A DNA stretch of 58,833 bases, the filler included, from Sphacelaria rigidula (Eukaryota), in the NCBI GenBank assembly GCA_964200075.2. It is 9 parts of 9 records of this genome, joined end to end, with 100 filler letters (N's around TTAATTAATTAA, not from the genome) between each part and the next. Parts side by side here need not be neighbours in the genome. Positions count along the whole stretch, not along the records: positions 45,839 to 52,286 come from CAXNAA020020008.1; positions 52,387 to 58,833 come from CAXNAA020020009.1; 7 more parts are not named here. The stretch is one strand, 5' to 3'. The number at the start of each line of letters is the position of its first letter. Within the stretch, counting starts at the first letter, position 1. This document shows, piece after piece, positions 47,416 to 58,833 of the stretch. A model generated the notes under the pieces. That model ran no database searches, had not been told where the DNA came from, and was given only the letters and a program-made list of their open reading frames with translations. The translations under genes and the position numbers were made by a program.

Positions 47416-50400
47416 TCAAAGCGGGGCGTGGACGTCGTGGGTGTGGTCGATGTTGCGCTGGAGACCGCGGCGAAGTCCTTTGGACTTGAGGCGCTGGAGA
47501 CACCAGGATCTGCGGGGTGCGGATGGGCTGGTGGTGTAAAGTGCTGCCCGAAGCTTGAGCTTTATGGGTCCAGGGTCATCGATGAAGCGCACGATATATG
47601 TGTCGGCCGACACCAGATTAGTAGAGTGGGTCTGACCCAACCATCAAAGGTTGTCGCTGCCTTTGAACCAAAGGTAGCTGCCCTTGGGCAGGAGTCTCTG
47701 GTTCGCAAAAAACTTCGTCTTACAAGTCTTGGAGGGTACAAGTTCGTAACCATCGGCGACAAAGCGTAGTCCCTGGTTGCGGTGAAGTTCGCGGGCTGCT
47801 GCGCCACGGCGCATGTTGCGATATTTCTTGTTGTGAGCAAGATGCTGATGTTGGGATTGCGTCCAGTAAAGGGGGATTGCACGATGGTGCAATTGCAGGT
47901 CGGATTCGCGTTCCCAAGACGCTCTCCGAAGACCGTGCTAGTGTGTCTTATACATGACAGCAATCTTGCCTCCTCGACCACGGGTTATCTGGTGGCCGGA
48001 AATGGAGAACACCGCCAACCGAAGGGGCTGTTCCGTCACGTCGTCGGTTGTAACGCGATAGAGCGGGGACTTGGTCGAGTAGCTGTTGAGAACATACTGT
48101 GTGAGTCCGGCAGACGGGTACTTGGGCGTGTCGCTTGTATCATGCGGGTTGGTGCATGGTTTGCATCTGTGCACGGAGACGCGGGGCTTGGTGTCCTTGC
48201 CCTGGAAGTCGCGAGGCAAGTCGAGATAGAGCAGTTTGTCACCGACGGGTTTTTCATCCGGTGATGATGACGATAGTCCGACTGTCAGGATCTTGGATGG
48301 TCCTGTCTAATTGAGGGATAATGTTGTCTTCAAAATTGTTTCGTTGGCTGCCTTACTGGTGCCGTGGCGGATGGTCGACAAGCTGTTCTAGATCCAAACC
48401 CAATCACCGACTTTCCAGTTAGGGCGTTTGTGCATGAGATTATAGAGAGCGGTGTTAGATCTCTCTAGGCGCGAGACATTGATAGCGTGTTGTTCGCGCA
48501 CGAGGGTGAACGCTTTGCGTTGTCGTACATGTGCGAGGTCGTTGTAGGATATATGATCTTGATCCAATCCTTGGTGACCGTCGAACGTGTGTCGCTCGAA
48601 CACGGTGATAGGCAGCCGAGGGTAGCGTCCAAGAAGGAGTTCATTCGGAGAAAGGCCTGTGGCGGCATTAACCGAGTTGTTGTAGGACAGCATGATGTGC
48701 GAGAGATGTAGGTCCCAGTCATTTTGGCGGTCATTGACAACCATAGAGAGCATCTGGGCCATGGTGTGATTAACTCTTTCGGTACCACCGTTACCGTTTG
48801 GGTCGTAGGCGCTCGTTGCAGTTTTGCGGATGCCCAGGAGCTTGTAAAGCTCATCCGAGAGGTCTGACCAAAATTGCTGACCATTGTCTGATAGTAGTCG
48901 CTTCGGGCAGCCGCAGTACTTAATGTAATCATGAACCAGTATGTCGGCCGTTCCGGCGGCAGTGAAATCTGCGGCGGTTACCGCGTACATGGACGCGTGG
49001 CGGCTAAAGCGGTCAGTGAAGAGTAAGATATCGGTGTTGCCGCGACCTGTGGTCGGGAGAGGGCCGAAGTAGTCAAAGGACACAAGGTGGCCGGGCTCGT
49101 CGGGGAGTCCCATAGAGATCACGGGCCAGCGTACTGTCTGTCGTGAAGTTTTTCGGGCTTGGCATTTAAAGCATCGCCGAATCCAAAATCGGGTGGAAAT
49201 TTCCATGCCAATCCACCAGTAGAAGCGTTCCAAGAGCGCGAGGGTGCGGGTGACGCCAAGGTGGCATGACAAGTCTGTATGGCAGCCTTTCATGACCGCG
49301 GAGCGCATTAATAATGGCACATATATGCGCGTTGGTTCGTCATTGAGTAGTCGAGCGGTGCGTCCCGTAGTTGAGGCGGCAATTGCGCCTGTCAAGGGCG
49401 TGGGCCGACGTACGAGGAGTTGCACGCCTTCATCCGTAGTAAAAAGGGTGCCTTTACGCACGAGCTCATATACGTCAGAAATAACTGGCGGTGGCAGTGT
49501 TCCAACCGGGGCCAGGAGTGTGGACGGAAAAAGGACTGGACAGTCAAGCTGTAAGTACCGAATGGCTGCGCGACATAGCGGTTCTGCGTTATGTTCACGA
49601 GCCCAATCACGGTGGGAGTAGCCGGCGAGAAACTCGCGTACTTGGCCTTCCGCTGGCGAGCCGACCAAACATGGTAGGGCGGGCGGCGGGGGAACAGGCG
49701 ACGGGGCAGAAATGCCGACGTCAGTATCTGTCTCGGGAGCAGGAGACGAGGCGTCAGTTCCGTGCTCGGGGGCAGAAGATGTTTGCGGCGCCAGTATAGG
49801 CGGCGAGGTGGTATCAGTGCGCGGCGAAGATTGTTTGCGGCGCGTGGCACACGGTGCAGAAGGTTTTGCGGAGCTTTGCGTGTTGGTCCGTGGAACTTGT
49901 GCTGGGTGGTTCATAGAGGTTAAAGGTGTTGTTGGTAGCGGCGGGGCACTCGGTGTGGTGCGGGCGGCGGACCGAGAGCGCGTGTTGTCGGAGATAAGGT
50001 GGGTGACTGGAGGTGTCTCCGCGAAGAGTTTCATGCGAGTACCGAAAGTGCGAAAATCGACAAAATCGGAGGGAGTGGGCTTTAACCCACCCAAGACGGC
50101 GTCAAATGGTAGAGGGCGAGGTCCTCCCATAGGCATGCCTGTTTTCGGGCACTGGAGGTCGAAGGCGTAAACGGGCGTTGACAAAACGTCCGATCGCGTA
50201 AATTACGGGTTCATCGGGTTCCGTTAAACGGCGAGCCGGGCTGGAATCTGCGGCCGTAGGTGGCAGAGGCAGGCGGGAAAGAAGATCCGCGTTCCCCTTG
50301 GTTTTGCCTGGACGGTGCTTAATGGTATACTGGTATGCTGTTAGAGATTCCAACCATCGTTGTACACGAGGGTTGTGTTCACCAACCTTGGCGAGTTGTT

Positions 50401-52286
50401 CAAGTGCTCCGTGATCCGTATAGATCTCGAACGGCACGTGAAACAGATATTGTCGAAGGCGCTTAATGGCCCAAGTGATTACTCCGCCTTCCAGTTTGAG
50501 CGGGCTCCAATTGGCCTCGTTGGGCAGGGTAGCGCGGCTGATATAAAGGATGGGTCGGGCAGAGCCATCAACCTGAGTTTGATTCAAACCTTCTCCAAAA
50601 CCATTTGCGCTGGCGTCAGTATAGAATTGGAAAAGGCGGGAGCCATCTTGTACTACCTCCCAATCAGGAAAGCAAAGTACGGGCTTTTCGGTAAGCGTCT
50701 TGAGTAATTCGCGGGTGATCGTCTCCATTTCTATGGTGAAAGAAAACACGGCTCCTTTCTTGAGTAGCTCAGTAAGGGGCTGAATCCGTTTCGTTAGATT
50801 CGGCAAAAAATTGCGGTAGTAGGATAGCCCACCCAACAATGAGCGAAGTTGAGAAATGTTAGTTGGCATCGGCAAATCAGTCATCGCCTTGACTTTGTTT
50901 GTATCCGGATGCAGGCCTGCTGGCGAAATTGAATGCCCCAAGGAATCCAAGTCAGTCACGCCAAGGCGAGCTTTGGATGGAGACAGTTTCAAATCGTGCA
51001 TACGTAGGCGAGAGAGAAATTATCGTAAAGTGCGTATATGTGCAATAGGTTAGGCATCGAAAGCGATAGCGTCATCCAAGTACATGATGATGTGCTCGAG
51101 GCCCTCGGTGACGCGTTGCATTGAGCGTTGAAAGCATCCCGGGGCAGTGGCGGCGCCTTGTGGCATCCGAAGCCACTCATAGAGTCCGGACGAGGTACAA
51201 AAAGCCGTCAGTGGGACTATGTCAGGGTGTATAGCATTCTGAAAAAATCCAGAAGCGAGGTCGAAGGTGCTGAATATTTCCCCTTCTCCCGAGGGGTCAA
51301 AGACTTCATCAATGCGGGGAATTGGAAGTTTACCGACTACAGTGACGCAGTTCAACCGTTGATAATTCACGGTGATGCGTATGTTTCCATCCTTTTTGGG
51401 GACGACCACAAGTGGCGAGGCCCAAGGAGAGGAGGAATGTTGGATGAGTCCCGCTCCCAAATACGCATCCAAGATGGCAAAAAATCGGTCTTGGTACTGT
51501 AGCAGGACATCACTGAGTTCTTGGATCACGGCCGGTTCCCAGCCGGGCCCATGAAGGTCAAAATTGATGTCGCGCATGTGTGGCGGCAGTTGGTTCCACA
51601 TGTGCAAGAAACTATTCCGAGAATCTTGTGATGAGCGTTGAAGCACTTTAGCGGGAGGATCGGAATCTGACTGAGCAGGATCCACGGTGTGGACCTGGAG
51701 TGGAGTAGCAGAGGCGAGATCGAAATAAGGTTCATCGACACAGTGTACTGACTCCGCCGGAGATGTGGTGTTTGGTGCGGCAGGCTCTATGACGCACGTC
51801 TCGAGTGGGATGTGCATCAGGGGAGCAGCGGCGATTCCTAAAACATCGCCGGGTTCCAAGTTAGCATGTCCCGTAAGAGGGAGGAGCTGTTGTCCTGCCG
51901 ACACAAAATGTTCTATGTCGGCTGGTGCGCCAATACGGGGTAACATTTCGGCAAGAGAATGGCCCGTAAGTGCTGGCATGCCATTTCGGCGAACTAGTGC
52001 AACTTCAAGAAGTTGGGGGTCGTCGGAGAGTGTTACACCCACGCTACCGTTATATCGTAGGTGGTAAGCAGCTCCGGTTCCTTGAGGATTCTTCTGATAA
52101 GCCAGGGCGCCGTGGAGAGTACCCAAGTGCTCGAGGTTGAATTCTCCACGCGGCGGGGAATGTGGCGTTAGTGGTGGAAGCGTGCGGTAGGTGCGTTTAT
52201 TAAACCGCATATAGCTATCTCTGCCCAATAATATGTCGTGATGCATTGTGCTATCGGGGACAACGTATGCCCAGACTGCCTGGCTG
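47416..52286 (-). pseudogene. pol: Gypsy Pol polyprotein (disrupted)
   Basis: ORFs 51050-52246, 50102-51001, 48388-50184, 47938-48219, 47644-47892 and 47416-47640 chain in PR-RT-RH-IN-chromo order. Confidence 0.9.
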
Positions 52287-52509
52287 NNNNNNNNNNNNNN
52301 NNNNNNNNNNNNNNNNNNNNNNNNNNNNNNTTAATTAATTAANNNNNNNNNNNNNNNNNNNNNNNNNNNNNNNNNNNNNNNNNNNNCGTGGTGTGTTCGG
52401 CGATCCGCATGAAGGGTTAGCTGCATTCTGCTAAGATTCTTCGGCCCGAAGCCTACTGATGATCTTGCATTTGGATGACAGCCTACAATAAGTTATTTAT
52501 TTTCTGGTA

Positions 52510-55110
52510 TCGTCACTTCATGAGACAGCCACGGCTTATACACTGCCTCATAGGTGTCTCACCATTTAATCACTACGTGGTTCGATCATCCCCATTGTGC
52601 GGAGTTGAGATTCTCCCACGCCGCACAACATGATCTAGCTCGACCACCATTATGGTTACCGCAGGAAACAAACGCGAGCGCGCAAAACACGAAAACGGTA
52701 ACCTCGTCGCCTAGCTTCCGTAGTGAAGGGCGTGTTTTATAGCGCCATTGCCAACCGACGCCAACCCCATTGGGGGTCCGCCCCTACAAAGCCGGGACGG
52801 TGCACGCCGGGTTTTCGCCGGGCCAGGCGGGGGGGGGGGGTACTCATTTGTTGCTTGCCTCAGTCGTTTGACCATTGACCACGCATCCCTTTCGAGACGA
52901 AGGGAAGGGGGGGAGGGAGGGGGGGGCTTGTGATCTTAAATGGACTAGTCATGAGACCATTGAGCTCGTATCCCTATGAAGCCGGAGCAGAGCACGCCGG
53001 ATTTTCGCAGGACCAGTCTCGTACTCAATCACCAAGCGTGAAGCGTCTTGATGATGTGTTTCGTAAGTCGCATGAGGGCGTGAGCTGCGTCCTGCTAAGA
53101 TGTGACCGATGCCTATACTGATTGTTTTGCATGTTGAGGATATCGGCCTCGAATTCATTGCTTCATTTTCTGGTATAGCCACTTACGGAGACACACAGCC
53201 ACGGGTTATGTTGTGTTATGAGTGTGTCACCATTTCAGCACTCCGTAGCACGATCACCCCCTTTGCGCGGATTTAAGGTTCCCCACCCCTTACAATATGA
53301 TGTAACTCGACCACCATCACGGTTACCGCAAAAAAAAAGAGCAAGCGAGAAAAAACGGTAACGTGGTTACCTAGCTTAAGGGGTGAGCGGCGTGTTTTGT
53401 TTGATAAACGTTCGCCGCTGTTTTGTGTTTTCGGGGGTGCAGACGCAATCATCTCCGAACAGATTTTGACTACAGCAGCTGTACTACTGGCGTGGCTCAT
53501 ACTGCATGTAGGTACTCTTATATAGTGGAGTCCGGATCACATGTAGTATAATACGTTGGATCGTCGACAGCATTCGAAACCAAACCAAGGTCAGAATAAA
53601 GCGTATAAGATGGATCGGTCGCATCAGATTATGTCGTCCTGTAATAATAAAAAAAACTTGCACACGGAGAATAACATCCGTGTTTGCGTAAACTAGATAT
53701 TCATGTTTTCTCGAGATTCTCGACCATACGTCCAACTTTCGTGCAGTTTTGACCTGAACTATGGGCTGTTCAGCTAACGCACCCTGAACACAGGCGGAAG
53801 CCCTTGCACGAGAGAACATGATGCCGGGTCCAACTTGTCAACGCGATTCTATCCGGCCGAATTAAATAATTTCATCAAATGTTCATGGTGAGAAAGTGCG
53901 TGAGAAAACGACACAGGTTCTATCAATAATTGGCCGGCTTTGAGTTTCGCATGTGTTGTGTCAACTTTGCGAAATATACACTGGCTAAAGTTACGCTGAC
54001 GAAAAGGAAGATGCGTTCCCAAAATTCTCTGAATACCCAATACTTACTTCTTGGAGGGCGACCGCGAGGGAAAAACCGTGCGCGCTTCGTTTTCGTGCTT
54101 TCAGTACCCCTCTCTACAATCCCCATACAATGCCATCGCCTTTGCTGGTCTGCAGCATCGATGTCTTTACCGATTAGTTGCTCAATTCGCTGCGCCTGGT
54201 CTTTCCAGGGTCGCACCGATGCAGGCCAGTACCTCGCGGTTCCCTCCCTCCCTCAGTTCCCTAGTCTTATTCTTTCTTTCTCGCTCGGGACACGCCCATA
54301 GCCTTGAAGGCGATCAACCCATATTTCCCCCCGTGTATACTTTGCATGCTGTAACCTTCGTCCCCGAACCGCAGACTCTCAAATCTTGCAAAAGCTCGAT
54401 CGTTCGTCGTATTTCTTCAGGTTGAACTTCCCCACTGACTGTTGTTGTTCCTGCTCACTGCCTGAAAAAACGGTGTCGTTTTCCGTCAATCCGTCGGAGC
54501 TTGTTTTATCACCGACACAGAATACAAACCCCCCGCGTCCTTGGCGTGAAGGTGTCTGCGGTTGTTAGCGTTCGAGTTCTGACTTTATGCTGCTCTCATG
54601 TTTGCTGTACACACACTGTCTTGCATGCCGTAGTCACAAGACTATTGACCTCGCATCGGACATCGCGCGCGCGGGGTGCGGAGGGGGGGGGGGGGGGACT
54701 CATTTGTTGCTTGCCTTAGTCGTGTGATCATTGACCACGCATCCCTGTCGAGACTGAGCACCGTTCGTACTCCTAATAGAGACACCTCCAGTGTTTTGGC
54801 GCTTATTCTGCAGAAATAAAAGCTATAACCTGGTTGCGTAGCTTACGCATTGAGTAGCGTGTTTTACAGCGTCATCGCCAACCGACGTCATTCTCATAGG
54901 AAGTTCGTCGCTACAAAGCCGAGACGGTGCACGCCGGGTTTTCGCCGGACAGGCTGGGGGGGGAGGGAGGTACTCATGATCTTGCATACTGTAGCCACAA
55001 GACTATTGAACTCACGTCCCTGTACGAAGTCGGGACGGCGCACACCGGGTTTTCGCGGGACCAGGCTCGCAATCACCACGGCGAAGGGCGGAGGGGGGAA
55101 GGGGGGTCTC
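52510..55110 (+). repeat. Mosaic of modules of an unclassified dispersed repeat
   Basis: 52512-52740 is repeated at 53180-53400, and 52830-52898 at 54682-54754. The GCCGGGACGGTGCACGCCGGGTTTTCGCCGG module occurs four times here and also at ~804 and ~39319. Confidence 0.75.
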
Positions 55111-55313
55111 TCGCAGAGGATACGTGTTTCCTGCGTGCGTTAGTAAGGCCAAAACTGTGCCCGTCGAGCGTGTTTCTGCACGTTCCTCTGTCTCCCGCCT
55201 TCGGTGTCCATTTATCGTCTTGCTCCCGTTTCAACCCGAGTTGACGTTTTCTTGCGCCTATTTTCCTCTTCCGCGCACGTTTTCGAAACGCGTCGTTTAT
55301 TTGATGTCTTCAG

Positions 55314-55498
55314 CTGTTCGAGCTGGGGCTTCCAACATTGTTCATCTACATGTTGAGCGATGCAAAGAGGGACTTCGAGATCTCGTACTTCCCCTCCGGT
55401 CTACCGGTCGACGACACCCCCGTGCCCACATACGGGACCTTGCAGGCACACGCGGTCTACCCGCAGGTGCTGTGCTACGACGACAACTTGTTCATGAG
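55314..55498 (+). CDS. Exon of a probable ABC transporter subfamily A protein (first TM helix and start of the exocytoplasmic domain)
   Basis: Translates LFELGLPTLFIYMLSDAKRDFEISYFPSGLPVDDTPVPTYGTLQAHAVYPQVLCYDDNLFM. The LxELxLPxLF pattern is typical of ABCA TM1. CAG acceptor, AG|GTACGG donor. Confidence 0.6.
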
Positions 55499-56224
55499 GT
55501 ACGGTAGCGAGGTGTTTATAGCAACATTTAGGAGAAACCAGTTTTGGCATTTTTGCCGTGTTCTGCATCCTTCTTCTCTGCTCTCGTTTCCCCCCATATT
55601 TCTCTCTGAACAAGTAGACTTTATGTGTTCGTTCGTTCCTGCCGGTGCATGGCACAGCTTCCCTGTGTATGTCCGTGGATGAGAGGATCCATACCCCAAA
55701 TAGTACGGTCGTAGTGGATGAGTCGCAATATTTCACTGTTAGGACTAATCATCACGACTCAAAACCACCAAATCCACGATTTCTTCGACCTGATTGCCCA
55801 AAAGGGAGAAAAAAGTTGATCGCTGGTCCAAGGGGTATCCACGCGGCTTTTGCGCCATTCCACGCGTCTGGGCTGCGTGTATCTGGGTTGCAAAGCTGAA
55901 ATAAAGCCTAGGCATTGATTCGTCACGAGTCGACTCATGATCCTAAAACCAAGTGATTAACTGTACAATTGCATGTGACGTTGTTATCCAGTAGTATGAC
56001 TTGGAAACAGAGTAGTCGTTGTTATTGTCTGGGTTGTAAAATCGATGCGTACGTCCATGCGGAGGTGCGTACACCCAGCAGGGGTTGCCCAAAACATGGA
56101 GTGAGATGAAGTTTCCACAAAGCAATATACCTCAGAGGGTGTGTATGCAGATAGCGGCGCCCCCCCCTGCTAGAAGAGCGAGCAGGACATGGGGCATGAC
56201 AACGTTAGCAAACTTCGGTCGGGG

Positions 56225-56225
56225 G

Positions 56226-56260
<35 letters not shown>

Positions 56261-56265
56261 ATTGT
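56225..56265. repeat. (GTT)n microsatellite
   Basis: About 12 GTT units. Confidence 0.9.
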
Positions 56266-56531
56266 CTTCACATCACAACCCCTTCCGATATCTGCGCAGT
56301 ACTCCGCGCTGGGCATCTGATCCGGACGCCTTCCACGGTCACAGGCTAAGTGCAGAAAATATGACACAAAAAGAAACCAAACGAAAATCAAACAGGACGC
56401 AGGAAAATTCACACCCACACGCAATACAGAATGAAAAGAAATACTGCTGATCTCATAAAAGTTTCCAATGCCACCGGCGACCGTTCGGGCTACCGGAGGC
56501 AGAGCCCAATGTTTAATGTTCCCACGAGGTC

Positions 56532-56848
56532 GCCCCGGTGGCTCAGTTAGTAACCTCGTAACCTTCTGATGGTTGAGTAGGGGGGTTCGAGTGGAGAGCG
56601 ACTATGTCGTGGGTACACAAAATTCGAACTTACGGTCGACGAGGGAAAGGGACTGCTGAACCTCTCTCGCGATAAAAAACAATGGCAAGCGCCGCAGAAG
56701 GACGGTGGGGTATTAAAAACAAATAAAGAAAAAGCTCCTGTGTTGACCTTCCTCCTGTGTGACCCCGGCTGATGCGCCCACATGTACCGAAAGGTGTAGA
56801 CTGGTGCCCAGAATAGATGGGATGATAACACGACAACACACACACACT
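56532..56848 (+). mobile_element. tRNA-derived SINE, copy 2 (internal deletion after the B box)
   Basis: GCCCCGGTGGCTCAGTTAG...GGTTCGA, the shared body, and a (CA)n tail. Confidence 0.85.
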
Positions 56849-57562
56849 CGACACGCGAAGCCAGACAGAAGTGGAGCCAAACTCAGGAACTAAAGATCAC
56901 CGATCAAATCAATGAGGTTCGCATGGTTCTTCCCGTGTACCTCTAGATGGACAGCCATATATGTACGAATATACCAGGCACACGAAAAGCACCATACAAC
57001 AACACCTCGGGAAAGGGGAAGGCAGGAATACGTAGGAGAAAGAAAACATGGGGGGATGATGGGAATTCCTGTCGACTTCGCCATGTTCCATCAGGTACGT
57101 ATCTGGCTGCACGTCCTGCCGTCTCCCTCCTGCTCTCCTCGGCCGCATTGGTAACCTCAATATAAACACTTCTTCGCTCGTTCTCCTGTTTATCCGTCTC
57201 CCTCTCCTGAACCATCGCGAGGGTATTGAGGCTTTCCCCACAAATGACATCAATTCCATGTCACAAAGATCGCACTTCACCTGATGGTAATCATTATTTT
57301 TGTACTATTGCTATCCGACAGCGGTAGACTCAGAGATGGCTTTTTGGAAAATGAAAAAAAAGAAGTGAAAAAGCGTGGGTTTCTGGGTATAGATGGCTGC
57401 AAATCAAACGTAAGAGAAGGACTCATTTTACGGTAGCATACGCCAATTTTTAATCAGTACCCAACCAACAAAATAAATCTCTCCCGGACTTGAAGGTTTT
57501 TCGTCTTCAACATTCAGACTTTCATGGAGAGGTTTTTGTCAAGGCATTGACGAACGCTTCTC

Positions 57563-57595
<33 letters not shown>

Positions 57596-58395
57596 GGTGT
57601 GTGTGTGGGTGTGGTTGTGTGTAGGTGTGTTGTCGTCCTATCTATTAACAGTGGATTCTCGAAAATGGGATTGAAAAACAAAATGAGGTTCAACTCAAAA
57701 GCCGTGTTTTTCCTGACCCAAACTCATGACAAATGACGTTCAAATAGACCACCCCGTCCCTCCCGACCTCCCTAAAACTATTTCGAGAGATTCCTAGCCT
57801 TCCGTTCTCCCAAAGGGTATATGCGAAAGCACGATTTTGGGGACAAAAACCGTTTTTTTTTCACCCCGAAATCGAGGCAATAATGTGCTTGTCGCACATA
57901 CCCTTTGGGGGAATGGAAGGCGATAAATTCCCCGAAATAGTTTTAGGGACGTCGGGAGGGATGGGATCGTCCATCATATGAAAGCCATTTGTCATGAATT
58001 TAGGTCAGGGAAAGCACGGCTTTTGAGTTGAACCTCATTTCTATTCAACCTCATTTTCATAAATTCACTGTTTATTCTGGACGCCGGACTACACCTTTCG
58101 GTATATGTGGCGCACCAGCCGGGGTCACACAGGAGGAAGGTCAACACATGAATGTTTTTGTTTGTTTTGTTTTAGTACTCCACCTTCCTTCTGCGGTACG
58201 CGCCTTTTATTTTCATCGCGAGAGGGGTTCAGCAATCCCTTTCCCTCGTCGACCGTGAAGTCGAACCTTGTGTGCCCACGACACAGTCGCTCTCCACTGT
58301 TGGGCATGATAAAAAGAATCCCAGATCGCTCCGAGATTCGAACCCACGACCCCACCGTCGGAAGGTGTCGAGGTTACCAACTGAGCCACCGGGGC
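57563..58395 (-). mobile_element. tRNA-derived SINE, copy 3, interrupted near its tail by a MITE
   Basis: A box TGGCTCAGTTGG and B box GGTTCGAATC. The body runs to 58073, and the tail resumes at 57646 with a (CA)n tract. Confidence 0.85.
57647..58072. mobile_element. Foldback MITE with a 4-bp TATT target-site duplication
   Basis: AACAGTG...CACTGTT ends with inverted arms throughout. TATT at 57643-46 and 58073-76; excision restores the SINE consensus ATCTATTCTGG. Confidence 0.85.
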
Positions 58396-58513
58396 AACCG
58401 GCTCGTGTCCGGGATATAATTTTGTCAATAGCGCACACAGTCACCCCTCCCTGTACTCCCCGCCCCTCCCTCAGTCCTTCCCCCACCCACCACCTCACCT
58501 TGCCGTTTTTCAG

Positions 58514-58619
58514 GTGCGGCTGCCCTGGTGATGACTATAGCTATGATGACGACTGGACGACACCTTCCTGGGACGTCGGGCCCTACATCACAGGCGAACC
58601 TATCAACTACACGGGGTCG
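58514..58619 (+). CDS. Next exon of the probable ABCA gene
   Basis: Pyrimidine tract and CAG acceptor; phase 2 start matches the previous exon. Translates (R)CGCPGDDYSYDDDWTTPSWDVGPYITGEPINYTGS; GTAAGG donor. Confidence 0.6.
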
Positions 58620-58833
58620 GTAAGGACGAACGGTCCTCCGACCAACCCCACCACCTCCCGACGTATGCATGTCACAGCAAAACGCGACTTCTAATCTCTC
58701 GTGGTGGCTTTTCGATACTGCGCGAGCGCAAAGAGAGAAGATGTACATGTTCTCTGTTTCTCTTCCCCCTTCCCCCCCCCCCAACACACCCTCTCTCTGT
58801 CTCTCTCTGTCTCTCTCGTCGACGTTTTTTTTT

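Larger units (their letters stand above)
46197..52286 (-). mobile_element. 3' two-thirds of a chromodomain-bearing Ty3/gypsy element: PR end, RT, RNase H, IN, chromodomain, extra domain, 3' UTR, PPT and 3' LTR
   Basis: RT motifs SPWASPL..FDLASGFFQ..MPQG..YLDD; RNase H YTDAS..YTDH..RW; IN HHCC and D-D-E (SFDYFGPL, LSDNG, TERVN); GPY/F-like TGPSKI. Frameshifts and stops are present. Confidence 0.95.

Noticed and set aside
58320..58395. Functional tRNA genes at the SINE heads (also 31865 and 56532)
   Set aside because: There is no proper acceptor or anticodon stem, and each head is fused to the same repeat body.

Overview
Eukaryotic, repeat-rich genomic DNA. A brown alga (Phaeophyceae) or related stramenopile is my inference, from the short exons in long introns and the style of the Ty3/gypsy elements. 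The window is not one locus: it is nine contigs of 6447-6449 bp in descending size order, joined by 100-nt N spacers carrying the six-frame stop linker TTAATTAATTAA, so adjacency across spacers means nothing. Host-gene fragments are four exons of phosphoribosylformylglycinamidine synthase (PFAS/PurL, minus strand, one probable GC donor), exons of a DUF4470-type protein, and two exons of a probable ABCA transporter. The rest is transposon-derived: a truncated Ty1/copia element, several decayed Ty3/gypsy elements, tRNA-derived SINEs and many foldback MITEs. The most interesting system can be pieced together from gypsy fragments on different contigs that share LTR or protein motifs. It has a roughly 1450-codon Gag, a single in-frame UGA-C stop followed by a hairpin (candidate readthrough into Pol), and an integrase ending in a chromodomain plus a second PWWP/Tudor-like domain. 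A separate gypsy element has a primer-binding site extending about 41 nt along tRNA-Ser and a duplicated pre-RT module.
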